The notes beneath the pieces were generated by a model, which did no database searches, was not told the origin of the DNA, and saw only the letters and a program-made list of their open reading frames with translations. The translations under genes were made by a program, and so were the position numbers. Below, piece by piece: positions 37,229 through 46,093 of a DNA stretch of 64,000 nt. Every line of letters starts with the position of its first letter. The stretch's first letter is position 1. The stretch is taken from contig CBDBIU010000004.1 of the NCBI GenBank assembly GCA_965206025.1, forward strand, positions 583,342-647,341, written 5' to 3'. This stretch comes from Bryobacterales bacterium (GTDB lineage: Bacteria > Acidobacteriota > Terriglobia > Bryobacterales > UBA6623).

Positions 37229-38593
37229 ATGGCCATCCAAATCAGTGGCTTGACACCGGTTGAGACGAAGCCGGTCGAGACCCGATACCGCCGTATTCGC
37301 ACTGCGATCCCGGTCCCGGAATCGATCGACCTTATCGAACGCTTGCGGAAGGTGGAGCCCCGCTCAATGCTGGGAATGCCGCCGGTTGTGTGGGAGCAAG
37401 CCGAGGGCTTTCTGATCCGAGACCCCTACGGCAACCAATGGATCGATCTGACGAGCGGCATTGTTATGGCCAACTCGGGCCATTGTCATCCGCGGGTCAT
37501 GCAGGCAATCCGGGACCAATTGGAGTCGCAGCTTATTTTCAGCTACGCCTTTCCAACGCGCGTCCGCGAGCAAGTACTCGAACGCCTGGTAGAGATTGCC
37601 CCACCCGGACTCGACAAAGCTATTCTGTTTTCCTCCGGGACCGAAGCCACCGAATGTTGCATCAGCCTCATGCGAAAGCATGGATCGAAACAGTCTGCTA
37701 CGAAGGTCGGCATCGTTTCGATTGAAGGCTCTTACCATGGCCGAACGCTGTCGGCGAAGTTCGCCGGCGGTTCACCCGGACCGTCGGACGGTCTCGATCG
37801 GGCAACGGTCTTTCAAACGCAACTGCCTTTGCCGGGCAGCCCTGAGTCCCAAGGCTTTGAGCGTGACTTGCGACAACGCGGGGTCAACCCCGAGACCACG
37901 GCAGGCATCATCCTGGAATCAATCCCCGGCTGGTCGACGACCCTCTTTCCCCAGGAGTACGTAGGGGACTTGATGCGCTGGGCAAGAAAGCACGGTGCGC
38001 TCGTCGCGGTAGACGAAGTGCAGGCAGGCATGGGTCGCACCGGCCGCTGGTTTGCATTTGAGCACTACGGCATCACGCCTGATCTGATTGCCTGTGGTAA
38101 AGGATTGAGTTCTAGCCTTCCGGCCTCCGCGGTCATTGGCCGCAACGAAGTTATGGATCTCGCCGAACCGGGGGAGATGTCGAGTACTTTTGGAGGAAAT
38201 CCGGTAAGCGCCGCGGCCGTGCTGGCAAACCTCGATGTGTTGCGAGACGAAAAGCTTGTCGAGCGTTCCGCTTCGTTAGGTGAAAAGTTGGCCAATGTCC
38301 TCGATAAGAAAGCGGAGAAATACGGCCGGTACGTCGGCCGGCTCGACGGGCGGGGGCTGTTTTACTCCCTTCACCTAAAGAATCCTGACACCGGCGAGCC
38401 CCTGGTGGAACTCTGCGACGAGATTGCAATGGAGTGTGTGCGGAGGGGGATCATGCTGTTCGTCACCGGCAGAGGGTTCATCAAGTTCGCACCACCCTTG
38501 GTCATTGAGGAGGAGGCGCTGATGGAGGCGGTGGAGGTAGTAACCGACGTACTCGACGAGATACTCAACGGCGATCCCAGGCACCTCTCCTAG
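37229..38593 (+). CDS. Class III (acetylornithine/GABA-type) PLP-dependent aminotransferase
   Basis: AAGGAG ribosome-binding site before the ATG at 37229. Motifs GHCHPRV, FSSGTEATECCI, DEVQAGMGRTGRWFAFEHYGITPDLIACGKGLSS (PLP lysine). The ORF is open from 37109. Confidence 0.85.
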   Translation: MAIQISGLTPVETKPVETRYRRIRTAIPVPESIDLIERLRKVEPRSMLGMPPVVWEQAEGFLIRDPYGNQWIDLTSGIVMANSGHCHPRVMQAIRDQLESQLIFSYAFPTRVREQVLERLVEIAPPGLDKAILFSSGTEATECCISLMRKHGSKQSATKVGIVSIEGSYHGRTLSAKFAGGSPGPSDGLDRATVFQTQLPLPGSPESQGFERDLRQRGVNPETTAGIILESIPGWSTTLFPQEYVGDLMRWARKHGALVAVDEVQAGMGRTGRWFAFEHYGITPDLIACGKGLSSSLPASAVIGRNEVMDLAEPGEMSSTFGGNPVSAAAVLANLDVLRDEKLVERSASLGEKLANVLDKKAEKYGRYVGRLDGRGLFYSLHLKNPDTGEPLVELCDEIAMECVRRGIMLFVTGRGFIKFAPPLVIEEEALMEAVEVVTDVLDEILNGDPRHLS

Positions 38594-38680
38594 ACTCCGA
38601 TCCGGCGGCAACTTCGCCCAGCCTCCGACTTCTTCGTAAACGAATTTGCCGCTTCCTAGTTTCACTGACTTTTCGATCAT
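38567..38680 (-). pseudogene. Orphan 38-codon N-terminal fragment of an NHL/beta-propeller-type protein (tentative)
   Basis: MIEKSVKLGSGKFVYEEVGGWAKLPPDRSLGEVPGIAV resembles the start of NHL-repeat / amidating-lyase-like proteins. Beyond it the frame is simply antisense to the aminotransferase 3' end. Confidence 0.3.
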
Positions 38681-38858
38681 GGCTTTGCCTCGATTCAACC
38701 GAACTTGAAGGGCACAACGAGAAACACACGAAAGTGAGAACGGCGGAGCGAAACTAGACCATAGAGCGGCGAATCGAAGCTGCTTTTGGGCGGAGTAAAA
38801 GTAGACCGTCCGAGTGGTCCAGCGAACATTCCTGTGGTGTTTGTGGGACACGAGAGGG

Positions 38859-40358
38859 ATGTATCGCGTGGAGCTATACGCTCAAGTACGGCGCAGTGTC
38901 TTTGTCGAAGGGCTCAGTGAGCGCGAGGCCGCCAAACGGTTTGGCCTGGCGCGAGGGACGGTGCGCAAGATGTTGCGCTACGCCACTCCGCCGGGCTATC
39001 GGCGGCGCCAACCAGCGCAGAGGCCGAAGCTGGATCCCTTCACCGGAATCGTCGATCAGATCCTCATCGACGATCAGGAACGTCCGAAGAAACAACGCCA
39101 CACCGCAAAACGCATCTTCGACCGCTTGCGCGACGAGTACGATTTCACCGGCGGTTACACGATCGTCAAGGACTATGTTCGCGACAAGAAGCTCGGCGGG
39201 CAAGAGATGTTCGTGCCGCTGGTGCATCCGCCGGGCGATGCCCAGGCCGACTTCGGTGAAGCTCTGGTGGTCATTGACGGCGTACAGCGCAAGGCGCACT
39301 ACTTGGTGGTCGATCTGCCGCATAGCGATGACGCTTTCGTAAAAGCTTTCCCGGCCGAGACGACGGAAGCGTTTTGCGAGGGGCACAACGCAGCGTTTCG
39401 GTACTTCGGCGGCGTGCCACGCAGCATCCTCTACGACAACACGACCTTGGCGGTGGCGAGGATTCTGGGCGACGGCAGGCGCAAGCGGACCAGGGTGTTC
39501 AGTGAACTGCAGTCGCACTATTTATTCTCCGATCGTTTCGGGCGTCCGGGCAAAGGCAACGACAAGGGAAAGGTGGAAGGACTGGTCGGTTATGCCCGGC
39601 GGAACTTCATGGTGCCGGCGCCAAGGTTTCCAAGCTGGGAAGCGTTCAACGAGCAGCTCGAAGCGCAGTGCCTCAACAATCGTAAGCGGCGCTTGCGGCG
39701 GCACACCGAAACGATTGAGGAACGTTTCAAGCGTGACCGCCAAGCGTTGTTGCCCTTGCCGCCCACGCCCTATGACGCCTGCGACAAACGCACCACGCGG
39801 GTGACGTCGCTGTCATTGGTGCGCTATCGCGCCAACGACTACTCGGTGCCCACACGCTACGGACATCGCCAGGTGTTGCTGAAAGGCTACGTCGATGAAA
39901 TCGTGATCTGTTGTGGCAGCGAAGAGATCGCGCGCCACCGGCGCAGTTACGAACGCGAAGAGTTGATCTTCGATCCGCTGCATTACCTAGCACTGCTGGA
40001 ACGCAAGACCAACGCGCTCGATCAAGCGGCCCCGTTGGCGGGCTGGGAGCTGCCCGAACAGTTCACGTGCTTGAGACGTTTGCTCGAGGCACGGTTGGGA
40101 ATGCCAGGCAAGCGCGAGTACGTGCAGGTATTGCGATTACTGGAGGACTTCCGATTCGAGCACGTTGCCGCGGCGGTGCGCCAAGCCTGCGAGTTGGGAG
40201 CGATTGGCTTGGATGCAGTCAGGCACTTAGTGCTGTGCCGCATCGAGCAACGGCCGCCGCGCTTGGACTTGACGAAGTATCCGCACCTGCCGGCAGCCCA
40301 GGTGGAGCAAACCTCCGCTGCGGACTATTTGGCACTGCTGGCACAAGGAGGGGGGTAA
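38859..40358 (+). CDS. istA: IS21 family transposase IstA
   Basis: HTH N-terminus (MYRVELYAQVRRSVFVEGLSEREAAKRFGLARGTVRKMLRY) and DDE core (AQADFGEALVVIDGV...VPRSILYDNTTLAV...GKGNDKGKVEGLVGYARRNF). The stop overlaps the istB start (TAATG). Confidence 0.92.
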   Translation: MYRVELYAQVRRSVFVEGLSEREAAKRFGLARGTVRKMLRYATPPGYRRRQPAQRPKLDPFTGIVDQILIDDQERPKKQRHTAKRIFDRLRDEYDFTGGYTIVKDYVRDKKLGGQEMFVPLVHPPGDAQADFGEALVVIDGVQRKAHYLVVDLPHSDDAFVKAFPAETTEAFCEGHNAAFRYFGGVPRSILYDNTTLAVARILGDGRRKRTRVFSELQSHYLFSDRFGRPGKGNDKGKVEGLVGYARRNFMVPAPRFPSWEAFNEQLEAQCLNNRKRRLRRHTETIEERFKRDRQALLPLPPTPYDACDKRTTRVTSLSLVRYRANDYSVPTRYGHRQVLLKGYVDEIVICCGSEEIARHRRSYEREELIFDPLHYLALLERKTNALDQAAPLAGWELPEQFTCLRRLLEARLGMPGKREYVQVLRLLEDFRFEHVAAAVRQACELGAIGLDAVRHLVLCRIEQRPPRLDLTKYPHLPAAQVEQTSAADYLALLAQGGG

Positions 40359-41119
40359 TGGCGAGGTCGAAACTTCTGCTCGAAGCGCATTTGAAAGCGT
40401 TGCGGCTGCCAACCTTCCTGCGCGAGTACGACAAACTGGCGCGGCAATGCGCCGCCGAGAGCTTGGATTCGAGGAGCTTCCTGCAACAACTCTGCGAGCT
40501 GGAACTGCTCGACCGTGAACAGCGGGCCACCGAGCGCCGCATCAAGGCCGCGAAGTTTCCCGTGACCAAGAGTCTGGACACTTTCGACTTCCCGTCCTTG
40601 CCAGCGTTGAACAAGAAGCTGGTGCTGGAACTGGCGCGCTGTGAGTTTATCGACCGCCGCGAAAACGTGCTGGCACTGGGTAATTCCGGCACGGGCAAAA
40701 CGCACATCGGCTTGGCGTTGGGACTGGCGGCTTGTCAGCGCGGCTATCGAACACGCTTCACAACAGCGGCGGCACTGGTCAATGAGCTGTTCGAAGCCCG
40801 AGATGAACGGCGCTTGCTGCGATGTCAAAAGCAGTTGGCCAAGCAGGATCTGCTGATCGTCGATGAACTGGGCTACGTGCCGCTATCGAAGACCGGAGCG
40901 GAGTTATTGTTCGAAGTGTTTTCCCAGCGCTACGAACAGGGCTCGACGCTGGTCACCTCGAATCTGCCGTTTAACGAATGGACGGAGGTCTTCGGCTCCG
41001 AGCGGCTGACCGGCGCCCTGCTCGATCGCCTCACGCACCACGTTCATATTCTAGAGATGAACGGCGAAAGCTTCCGTCTGATCCAGAGCAAGAAGAAGCG
41101 GGCTCACTCTTTGGGCTGA
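40358..41119 (+). CDS. istB: IS21 family helper ATPase IstB
   Basis: Walker A GNSGTGKTHIGLAL and Walker B LLIVDELGY, with the usual IstB N-terminus (LKALRLPTFLREYDKLA). The 402-aa ORF from 39911 is an out-of-frame run through istA. Confidence 0.92.
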   Translation: MARSKLLLEAHLKALRLPTFLREYDKLARQCAAESLDSRSFLQQLCELELLDREQRATERRIKAAKFPVTKSLDTFDFPSLPALNKKLVLELARCEFIDRRENVLALGNSGTGKTHIGLALGLAACQRGYRTRFTTAAALVNELFEARDERRLLRCQKQLAKQDLLIVDELGYVPLSKTGAELLFEVFSQRYEQGSTLVTSNLPFNEWTEVFGSERLTGALLDRLTHHVHILEMNGESFRLIQSKKKRAHSLG

Positions 41120-41352
41120 CCCACCGGCCACTCGCCCGGTTTTCGTGGGACGGCCTCCACTACGCCTGGGCCGCCCTAAAGGGCGACCGCAGGCTCCGTT
41201 CCAGCCGTCCCACGAAAACCGCTACCCCTTCACCAACTGGTCTACTTTTGCTCCGCCGAAGTGGTCCAAATTTACTCCGCCCTTGACACGAAAGTCTTAG
41301 TGGCTCCCAAACGCCACCAGGGACACGCAACCGGCAACCCGTAAATCTGTGC

Positions 41353-41898
41353 TTACGGCTTCCAGGTCTTGGCCAGCGCCTCGTACTCGCGAGCTTGGCC
41401 CGCTATGTCGACTCCGACTTCCTCACCCCACGCCGCCAGTAGCCGACGGTAGATGCTGCCCGGCTTGCCGTCGCCGACGGGCTGGAAGTTAAAACGGGTG
41501 ACCGGGAGCATAGAGAACGGGGTACTCGTAATCCAGGCTTCGTCCGCCTCGCGTACATCGTAAGGAGCGACATCGGTTTCTTGTACCGGGATGCCGAGTC
41601 TTCCCGCCAGGTCGATACAGGCATGGCGGGAAACACCGCGCAGAATGTCGTTTGGTTTTGGCGTTAAGATCACGCCCTGCCGCGCGATGAAAAAGTTGCT
41701 GCCGCTACCCTCGGTGATGAATCCGTGTTCGTCCGTGAGCAGAGGCATGGCTCCCGGCTCCAGTCTGGCCGCTTGAAGTTCGGCCAGCTTGTAGTAAATG
41801 CGGCTGCGGTTCTTCACCTTGGGATCGATGTAGCGCGCCGGCACCGACTGTTGCGGCGTGATCACGAAATGGGCGCCTCTCGTATACTTCTCCACCAT
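41353..41898 (-). pseudogene. Class IV (branched-chain / D-amino-acid) aminotransferase, 5'-truncated
   Basis: Only the C-terminal ~180-208 residues are present (PKVKNRSRIYYKLAELQAA...GFITEGSGSNFFIARQGVILTPKPNDILRGVSRHACIDLA...ADEAWITSTPFSMLPV). The putative catalytic Lys sits ~30 residues from the first ATG, versus ~145-160 in full-length enzymes. The open frame stops at the ctp stop codon. Confidence 0.55.
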
Positions 41899-41988
41899 GG
41901 CGCCGGTGTGGCGGACTAGAGGAATAACGTTAATCGAGATGATGGGAGTCAGACTTCCGCCGAGCGGTTCAGTCGTGTACGGCGGAAA

Positions 41989-43602
41989 CTAGGGCTCGAG
42001 GCGCTCGGCGATCATTCTTCGCGAGGACTGCAGCAACTCCTGCGCTTTGGGCAGAAGCTCCAACGCCCTCTCCACGTCAGGATCCTTTTGGTAATAGACT
42101 TCTTCGCCTTCCTCGAGATCGTAGGCCGAGACATAGACTTCGCGTATCAAGAAACGGCGGATAAAGCCGGTGTTTTCGATGAAGTCGGCCTCGCTGAAAG
42201 AGATCTTCTCGCGTAGCAGGAACTGGCGGAAGTCCTCTATGATTTCCTCGGTCGCTTCCCAGCCCGGCGCTAAGTCAGGATGTTGCAGCGTGTATTCCTG
42301 AGCGTAGGTGGCGAACGCGGCGTGTGTTCTCAGCAAGGCGATTTGGAAGTCGTTGAGTTTTTGATCCTCTAGGACCACGTCGGGGGTGATCCCGCCGCCG
42401 CCGAAAACTTGGCGGCCCTGATCGGTCCGTCTCACTTCGCTATTGGTGGGCTGGTAGCGGTCGCTGCAAGGGTCGGAGTAGTAGTTGAATAGAGAAACAT
42501 TATCGTAGCGCCGCTGGATAAGGCGGCCGCTGGGCGTGTAGTAGCGCGCCGTCGTCAGCGCCAACCCCGCCGCCTTCATCAACGGGTACACGGTCTGGGC
42601 CATCGGGTAGACGGTCTGCACCAATCCTTTCCCGAATGTATTTTCTCCGACGATCAGCGCGCGGTCATGATCCTGGAGAGCTCCGGCAACGATCTCCGAG
42701 GCGGAAGCCGAGTCGCAGTTCACCAGAACGATCATCGGATAGAGAAACCCCCCATTGCCGTTCTTGGCGCGGTAGACCTTTTCTTCGGAGATTCGTCCGT
42801 AGTGGGAAACGATCGTTTGGCCCTTCTCGACGAACCGATCGGAGACGCGCACTCCCTCGCTCAACAGGCCACCGCGATTGGAGCGCAGATCCAGAATCAG
42901 GCCTTCCAAAGAAGGTTCTTTGAGTTTCTTGAGGGCCCGGTCCAGTTCTTTACCGGTCGTTTCGTTAAAGGTTTCGATGCGAATGAAGCCGACACGCGGC
43001 TGCAAAAAAGACGCCACCGGAACACTTCTGCGAGGAATCCTAGCCCGGGTGACTTCAAACTCAAGCAGACCTTCGACCCCCCGCCTTTCGATGCCGATGC
43101 GCACCTTGGTGCCTGCCGGGCCTCGTAGGTGCTTGGCAACCTCTGTAGTGTTCCAACTTTCGGTCGACTCCCTGTCCACTTCGACAATCGCGTCGCCGGG
43201 GCGTAGGCCGGCCCGATAGGCCGGGGTCCTGGGAAACGGAGCAATCACGACGGTACGGCCTTGGCGTGGGCCAATGGTCATCCCCACGCCGGCGTACTGG
43301 CCCTTTTGGTCTTCGCGAAGCTGCTTGAAGGCTTCGGGACTGAAGAACTGCGAGTGAGGGTCCAGCGCCCGTAACATACTCGGGATCGCGCCCTGGAAAA
43401 TCGCGTTCTGAAGGTCAACATCTTCGGCGTAGTTCTGTTCGACAACAGCGAGAAGCCGGGTAAACTTTTCAAAACCTACCTTCACCTGGTCTTCCGAGGC
43501 TGCCGACGTTGCGCCCACCGAGAGGCCATAACCTCGACCCAGCAATGTAGCGAAGAGGACAACGAGGGGTGCTATTAGAGCGAGGCGCCGATTCGAACTC
43601 AT
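41989..43602 (-). CDS. S41 family carboxyl-terminal processing protease (PDZ domain)
   Basis: 537 aa with an N-terminal TM helix, a PDZ domain (AGLRPGDAIVEVD) and the S41 core (LDLRSNRGGLL, VLVNCDSASASEIVAGALQDHDRALIVGENTFGKG). Confidence 0.9.
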   Translation of the reverse strand: MSSNRRLALIAPLVVLFATLLGRGYGLSVGATSAASEDQVKVGFEKFTRLLAVVEQNYAEDVDLQNAIFQGAIPSMLRALDPHSQFFSPEAFKQLREDQKGQYAGVGMTIGPRQGRTVVIAPFPRTPAYRAGLRPGDAIVEVDRESTESWNTTEVAKHLRGPAGTKVRIGIERRGVEGLLEFEVTRARIPRRSVPVASFLQPRVGFIRIETFNETTGKELDRALKKLKEPSLEGLILDLRSNRGGLLSEGVRVSDRFVEKGQTIVSHYGRISEEKVYRAKNGNGGFLYPMIVLVNCDSASASEIVAGALQDHDRALIVGENTFGKGLVQTVYPMAQTVYPLMKAAGLALTTARYYTPSGRLIQRRYDNVSLFNYYSDPCSDRYQPTNSEVRRTDQGRQVFGGGGITPDVVLEDQKLNDFQIALLRTHAAFATYAQEYTLQHPDLAPGWEATEEIIEDFRQFLLREKISFSEADFIENTGFIRRFLIREVYVSAYDLEEGEEVYYQKDPDVERALELLPKAQELLQSSRRMIAERLEP

Positions 43603-43701
43603 GACCTGACCGGGTTGCTTCCTGGAAGCTTACACCGAGAGGAAGGAGATTGCCTTCAGTATATCAGGGAGCGCCCTCGCCTAAGACGAGACCGCCTTAA
43701 A

Positions 43702-43768
43702 CTAGCCCGCATTTCTCACCACCTGACGGTCGAAACACACGATAGGCCCGGCCGACGGCATCGTGCTC
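43702..43768 (+). repeat. Left-end fragment (~65 bp) of the 200-bp MITE-like element (copy D)
   Basis: CTAGCCCGCATTTCTCACCACCTGACGGTCGAAACACACGATAGGCC... matches the left arm of copy A, then diverges after ...CGTGCTC. Confidence 0.6.
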
Positions 43769-43866
43769 TGAAAAACTTCACTTTAGGAGAACATCGGCTT
43801 CGGAAACAAAAAAAGACATTAGAGTCTTATTTGCCGCCATGGAAAAGCCTCTCGCGCGCCGCTACG

Positions 43867-45621
43867 CTATTCACCCCCGAGGCGGCGCTCCAGGTCCGCC
43901 TTTGTCTGGAGCAGCTCGATGGCGGCTCGCCGATCGCCCGACTTCTCAGCTTGGGCGATGCGGCGCCGGACCGATCGATATTCTCGCTCCCAGCCCATTT
44001 TGCGAAGCGCCGCGTAGGCTTGCCGGCCGTCGTCAAGCGAACAGGGCTGCGAGTCCGTCTCGAAAATGATTCTCGACAAAAACTCGCGATCCTTTTCACC
44101 CAGCCGGCCCTCCACGGCCGCGTACTGAAAGGGTTCCCCGGAGGAAGCCACGGCGACCACCGCCTCAAGGATAGCCTTGGTGGGAAGGCCTTCCCGACCG
44201 GCGATTTCGACCACGCCGGGAAGCATTTCCCGGCGAGCCTCCTCCGATTCCGTCAGCAGTCGCAGAAGAAGCTTTTCTCCCGGAGAAGCATCCCCGGGGC
44301 CCGAGGAGGAGGCTGGAGGGGGAGGGCGCCGGTCCACGGCCGCTCGCCGCAGCTGCTCCAAAACCAGCCCCCGGTCAACGCCGAGGTGATCGGCCAAATC
44401 GTTCGTCAGCGCCGCCCGCTGAATCTTATCCGGCAACAGGTTGATCGAGGGCATCAAGAAACGCAATGCCGCGACACGTCCGTCGGGCGAGCGCACGTCA
44501 AACTGTGAACGAGATCGATCCGCCAACCAAAGAAAATAATCGGGGGCGCTGTCGAGCAGCTGCTGATAACGATCCCCCCCGTGCCGTTCACAAAATTCGT
44601 CCGGATCCAAGCCCTCCGGCAAGGTGAGTACGCGAACTTGCAAACCCTCCTGGAGGAAGAGTTGAATGGATCGCTCGGTGGCGTTCTGCCCGGCTTGATC
44701 GGGATCGAAATTGACCACCACCCGGCCGACTTGACGCCGCAGCGTCCTGACATGTTGCGGCGTCAGCGACGTTCCGCAGCTGGCCACGACCGCCGAGACG
44801 CCGGCGCGAGCCAAGCCGATCACGTCGGTATAGCCTTCGACCAGCACGACGCGGTCTTGCTCGCGCATGCTCTTTTTGGCGCGGTGAAGGTTATAAAGAA
44901 CGTTGCTTTTGGCGTAGATCGGGGTTTCCGGCGAGTTGAGATACTTTGGCTGCTGGTCATCCCTCAGCCGGCGCCCGCCGAAGGCGATAACCCGGCCGCT
45001 TTCGCCAGAGATGGGAAACGTGAGCCGGTCCCTGAAGCGATCGTAAAAGCCGGTCCCATCCTGGCGCTTGAGGATTAGCCCGGAGGCCTCCCAGTAGTCT
45101 CGGGATACTCCTTCCCGTTCCAAGGTACGCAAAAGGCCTCGCCCTTGAGCAGGTGCGAAGCCCAGGTCAAACCGGTCGGCGGTCTCTTCATCAACGCCGC
45201 GGCGAAGCAGGTAGTCGCGCGCTGGGGCCCCCTCCGCCGCCCGCAACCGCTCCCGGAAAAACGACGCCGCGATCTCGTGGATACGGTAGAGGGCAGCCCG
45301 ACGCCGACTATCGGCATCGGCGAGATCCCCCCGCTGTGGGCTCGGCAGCGGGATGCCGTGCTGCTCGGCCAGCGTCTTCAGGGACTCGTAGAAGGTGAGG
45401 CCCTGCAACTCCATCAGGAAGTTGAAGACATCCCCGCCCTTGCCGCAACCGAAGCACTTATAGATCTGCAAGACTTCGTGTACGGAAAACGACGGTGTCT
45501 TTTCCGTGTGGAAAGGACAGAGGCCGACGTGGCGATTCACGCCCTGCTTTCTGAGCCGGACATATTCCCCCACCACGCGCACGATGTCGACCGAGGACTT
45601 GACGTGCTGGGCGAAATCCAT
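43867..45621 (-). CDS. dnaG: DNA primase DnaG
   Basis: 584 aa. Zinc-binding domain (CPFHTEKTPSFSVHEVLQIYKCFGCGKGGD), RNA polymerase core and TOPRIM (VVLVEGYTDVI...VVNFDPDQAG). Confidence 0.93.
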   Translation of the reverse strand: MDFAQHVKSSVDIVRVVGEYVRLRKQGVNRHVGLCPFHTEKTPSFSVHEVLQIYKCFGCGKGGDVFNFLMELQGLTFYESLKTLAEQHGIPLPSPQRGDLADADSRRRAALYRIHEIAASFFRERLRAAEGAPARDYLLRRGVDEETADRFDLGFAPAQGRGLLRTLEREGVSRDYWEASGLILKRQDGTGFYDRFRDRLTFPISGESGRVIAFGGRRLRDDQQPKYLNSPETPIYAKSNVLYNLHRAKKSMREQDRVVLVEGYTDVIGLARAGVSAVVASCGTSLTPQHVRTLRRQVGRVVVNFDPDQAGQNATERSIQLFLQEGLQVRVLTLPEGLDPDEFCERHGGDRYQQLLDSAPDYFLWLADRSRSQFDVRSPDGRVAALRFLMPSINLLPDKIQRAALTNDLADHLGVDRGLVLEQLRRAAVDRRPPPPASSSGPGDASPGEKLLLRLLTESEEARREMLPGVVEIAGREGLPTKAILEAVVAVASSGEPFQYAAVEGRLGEKDREFLSRIIFETDSQPCSLDDGRQAYAALRKMGWEREYRSVRRRIAQAEKSGDRRAAIELLQTKADLERRLGGE

Positions 45622-45933
45622 GGTTCGAGAATTAGTCCAATTCTAGCCTGACGGTCCGGGTCCCGGCGGGCGGTTGGATGCGACGACCAGAGAGCCGCGT
45701 GTCCGCGGATCGGGAACCGGCCATAAGTCATTGCCCTCAAACGGCTTATAATAAATTGGGTTCGTTTCGTATTTTCTTTTCGCTTGTCGAGCGTCAGCCC
45801 ACTCTCGCCTGTCTCCCCCTTTCAGAATAGCGAGTGTGTCAAGCGCCTCGGTGGGCGATTCGCAGGGGGGTGCGCCGCTATGGGGATCGATGTCGCCAGG
45901 AAGGGCGACACGGCACGCAAGAACGCGCGCCAC

Positions 45934-45954
45934 AAAAGCCAACGGCCGTGGCTT
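45934..45954 (-). terminator. Weak candidate intrinsic terminator ~140 nt downstream of rpoC
   Basis: On the minus strand: AAGCCA-cggccgt-TGGCTT followed by TTGTGG. The stem is 6 bp and the T-tract is short, so support is modest. Confidence 0.25.
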
Positions 45955-46093
45955 CTATAGTTGATAGTTGAAGCTGACCAGGACCTGTTGGGGACCCGCT
46001 GGAAATCCAGGGATTGTCGGCCTACAAACGATCTCGAGCTTACCGCAGCAATTAGCTAGCGGGCTCGAAGCCGATTCGCGGACCGCCCACCGG

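Larger units (their letters stand above)
38735..41288 (+). mobile_element. Intact IS21-family insertion sequence (2554 bp)
   Basis: Termini TGAGAAC... and ...CTTGACA (the TG/CA ends typical of IS21). Two subterminal repeats lie at each end: GGCGGAGCGAAACTAGACC at 38742-38760, GGCGGAGTAAAAGTAGACC at 38789-38807, and inverted copies at 41239-41257 and 41263-41281. The 6-bp direct repeat CGAAAG lies at 38729-38734 and 41289-41294. Confidence 0.88.

Noticed and set aside
38375-38851. 158-aa minus-strand ORF taken as one gene
   Set aside because: It is a composite: the left end of IS21, then a short genuine-looking N-terminal fragment (38567-38680), then antisense of the aminotransferase gene. 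It is not a real 158-aa protein.
39911-41119. 402-aa extended version of istB
   Set aside because: The first ~150 codons are an alternative frame of istA with no IstB similarity. The canonical IstB N-terminus begins at the ATG at 40358, which overlaps the istA stop.
43615-44508. 297-aa plus-strand ORF
   Set aside because: It starts in the intergenic MITE fragment and continues antisense to dnaG. There is no domain signal.
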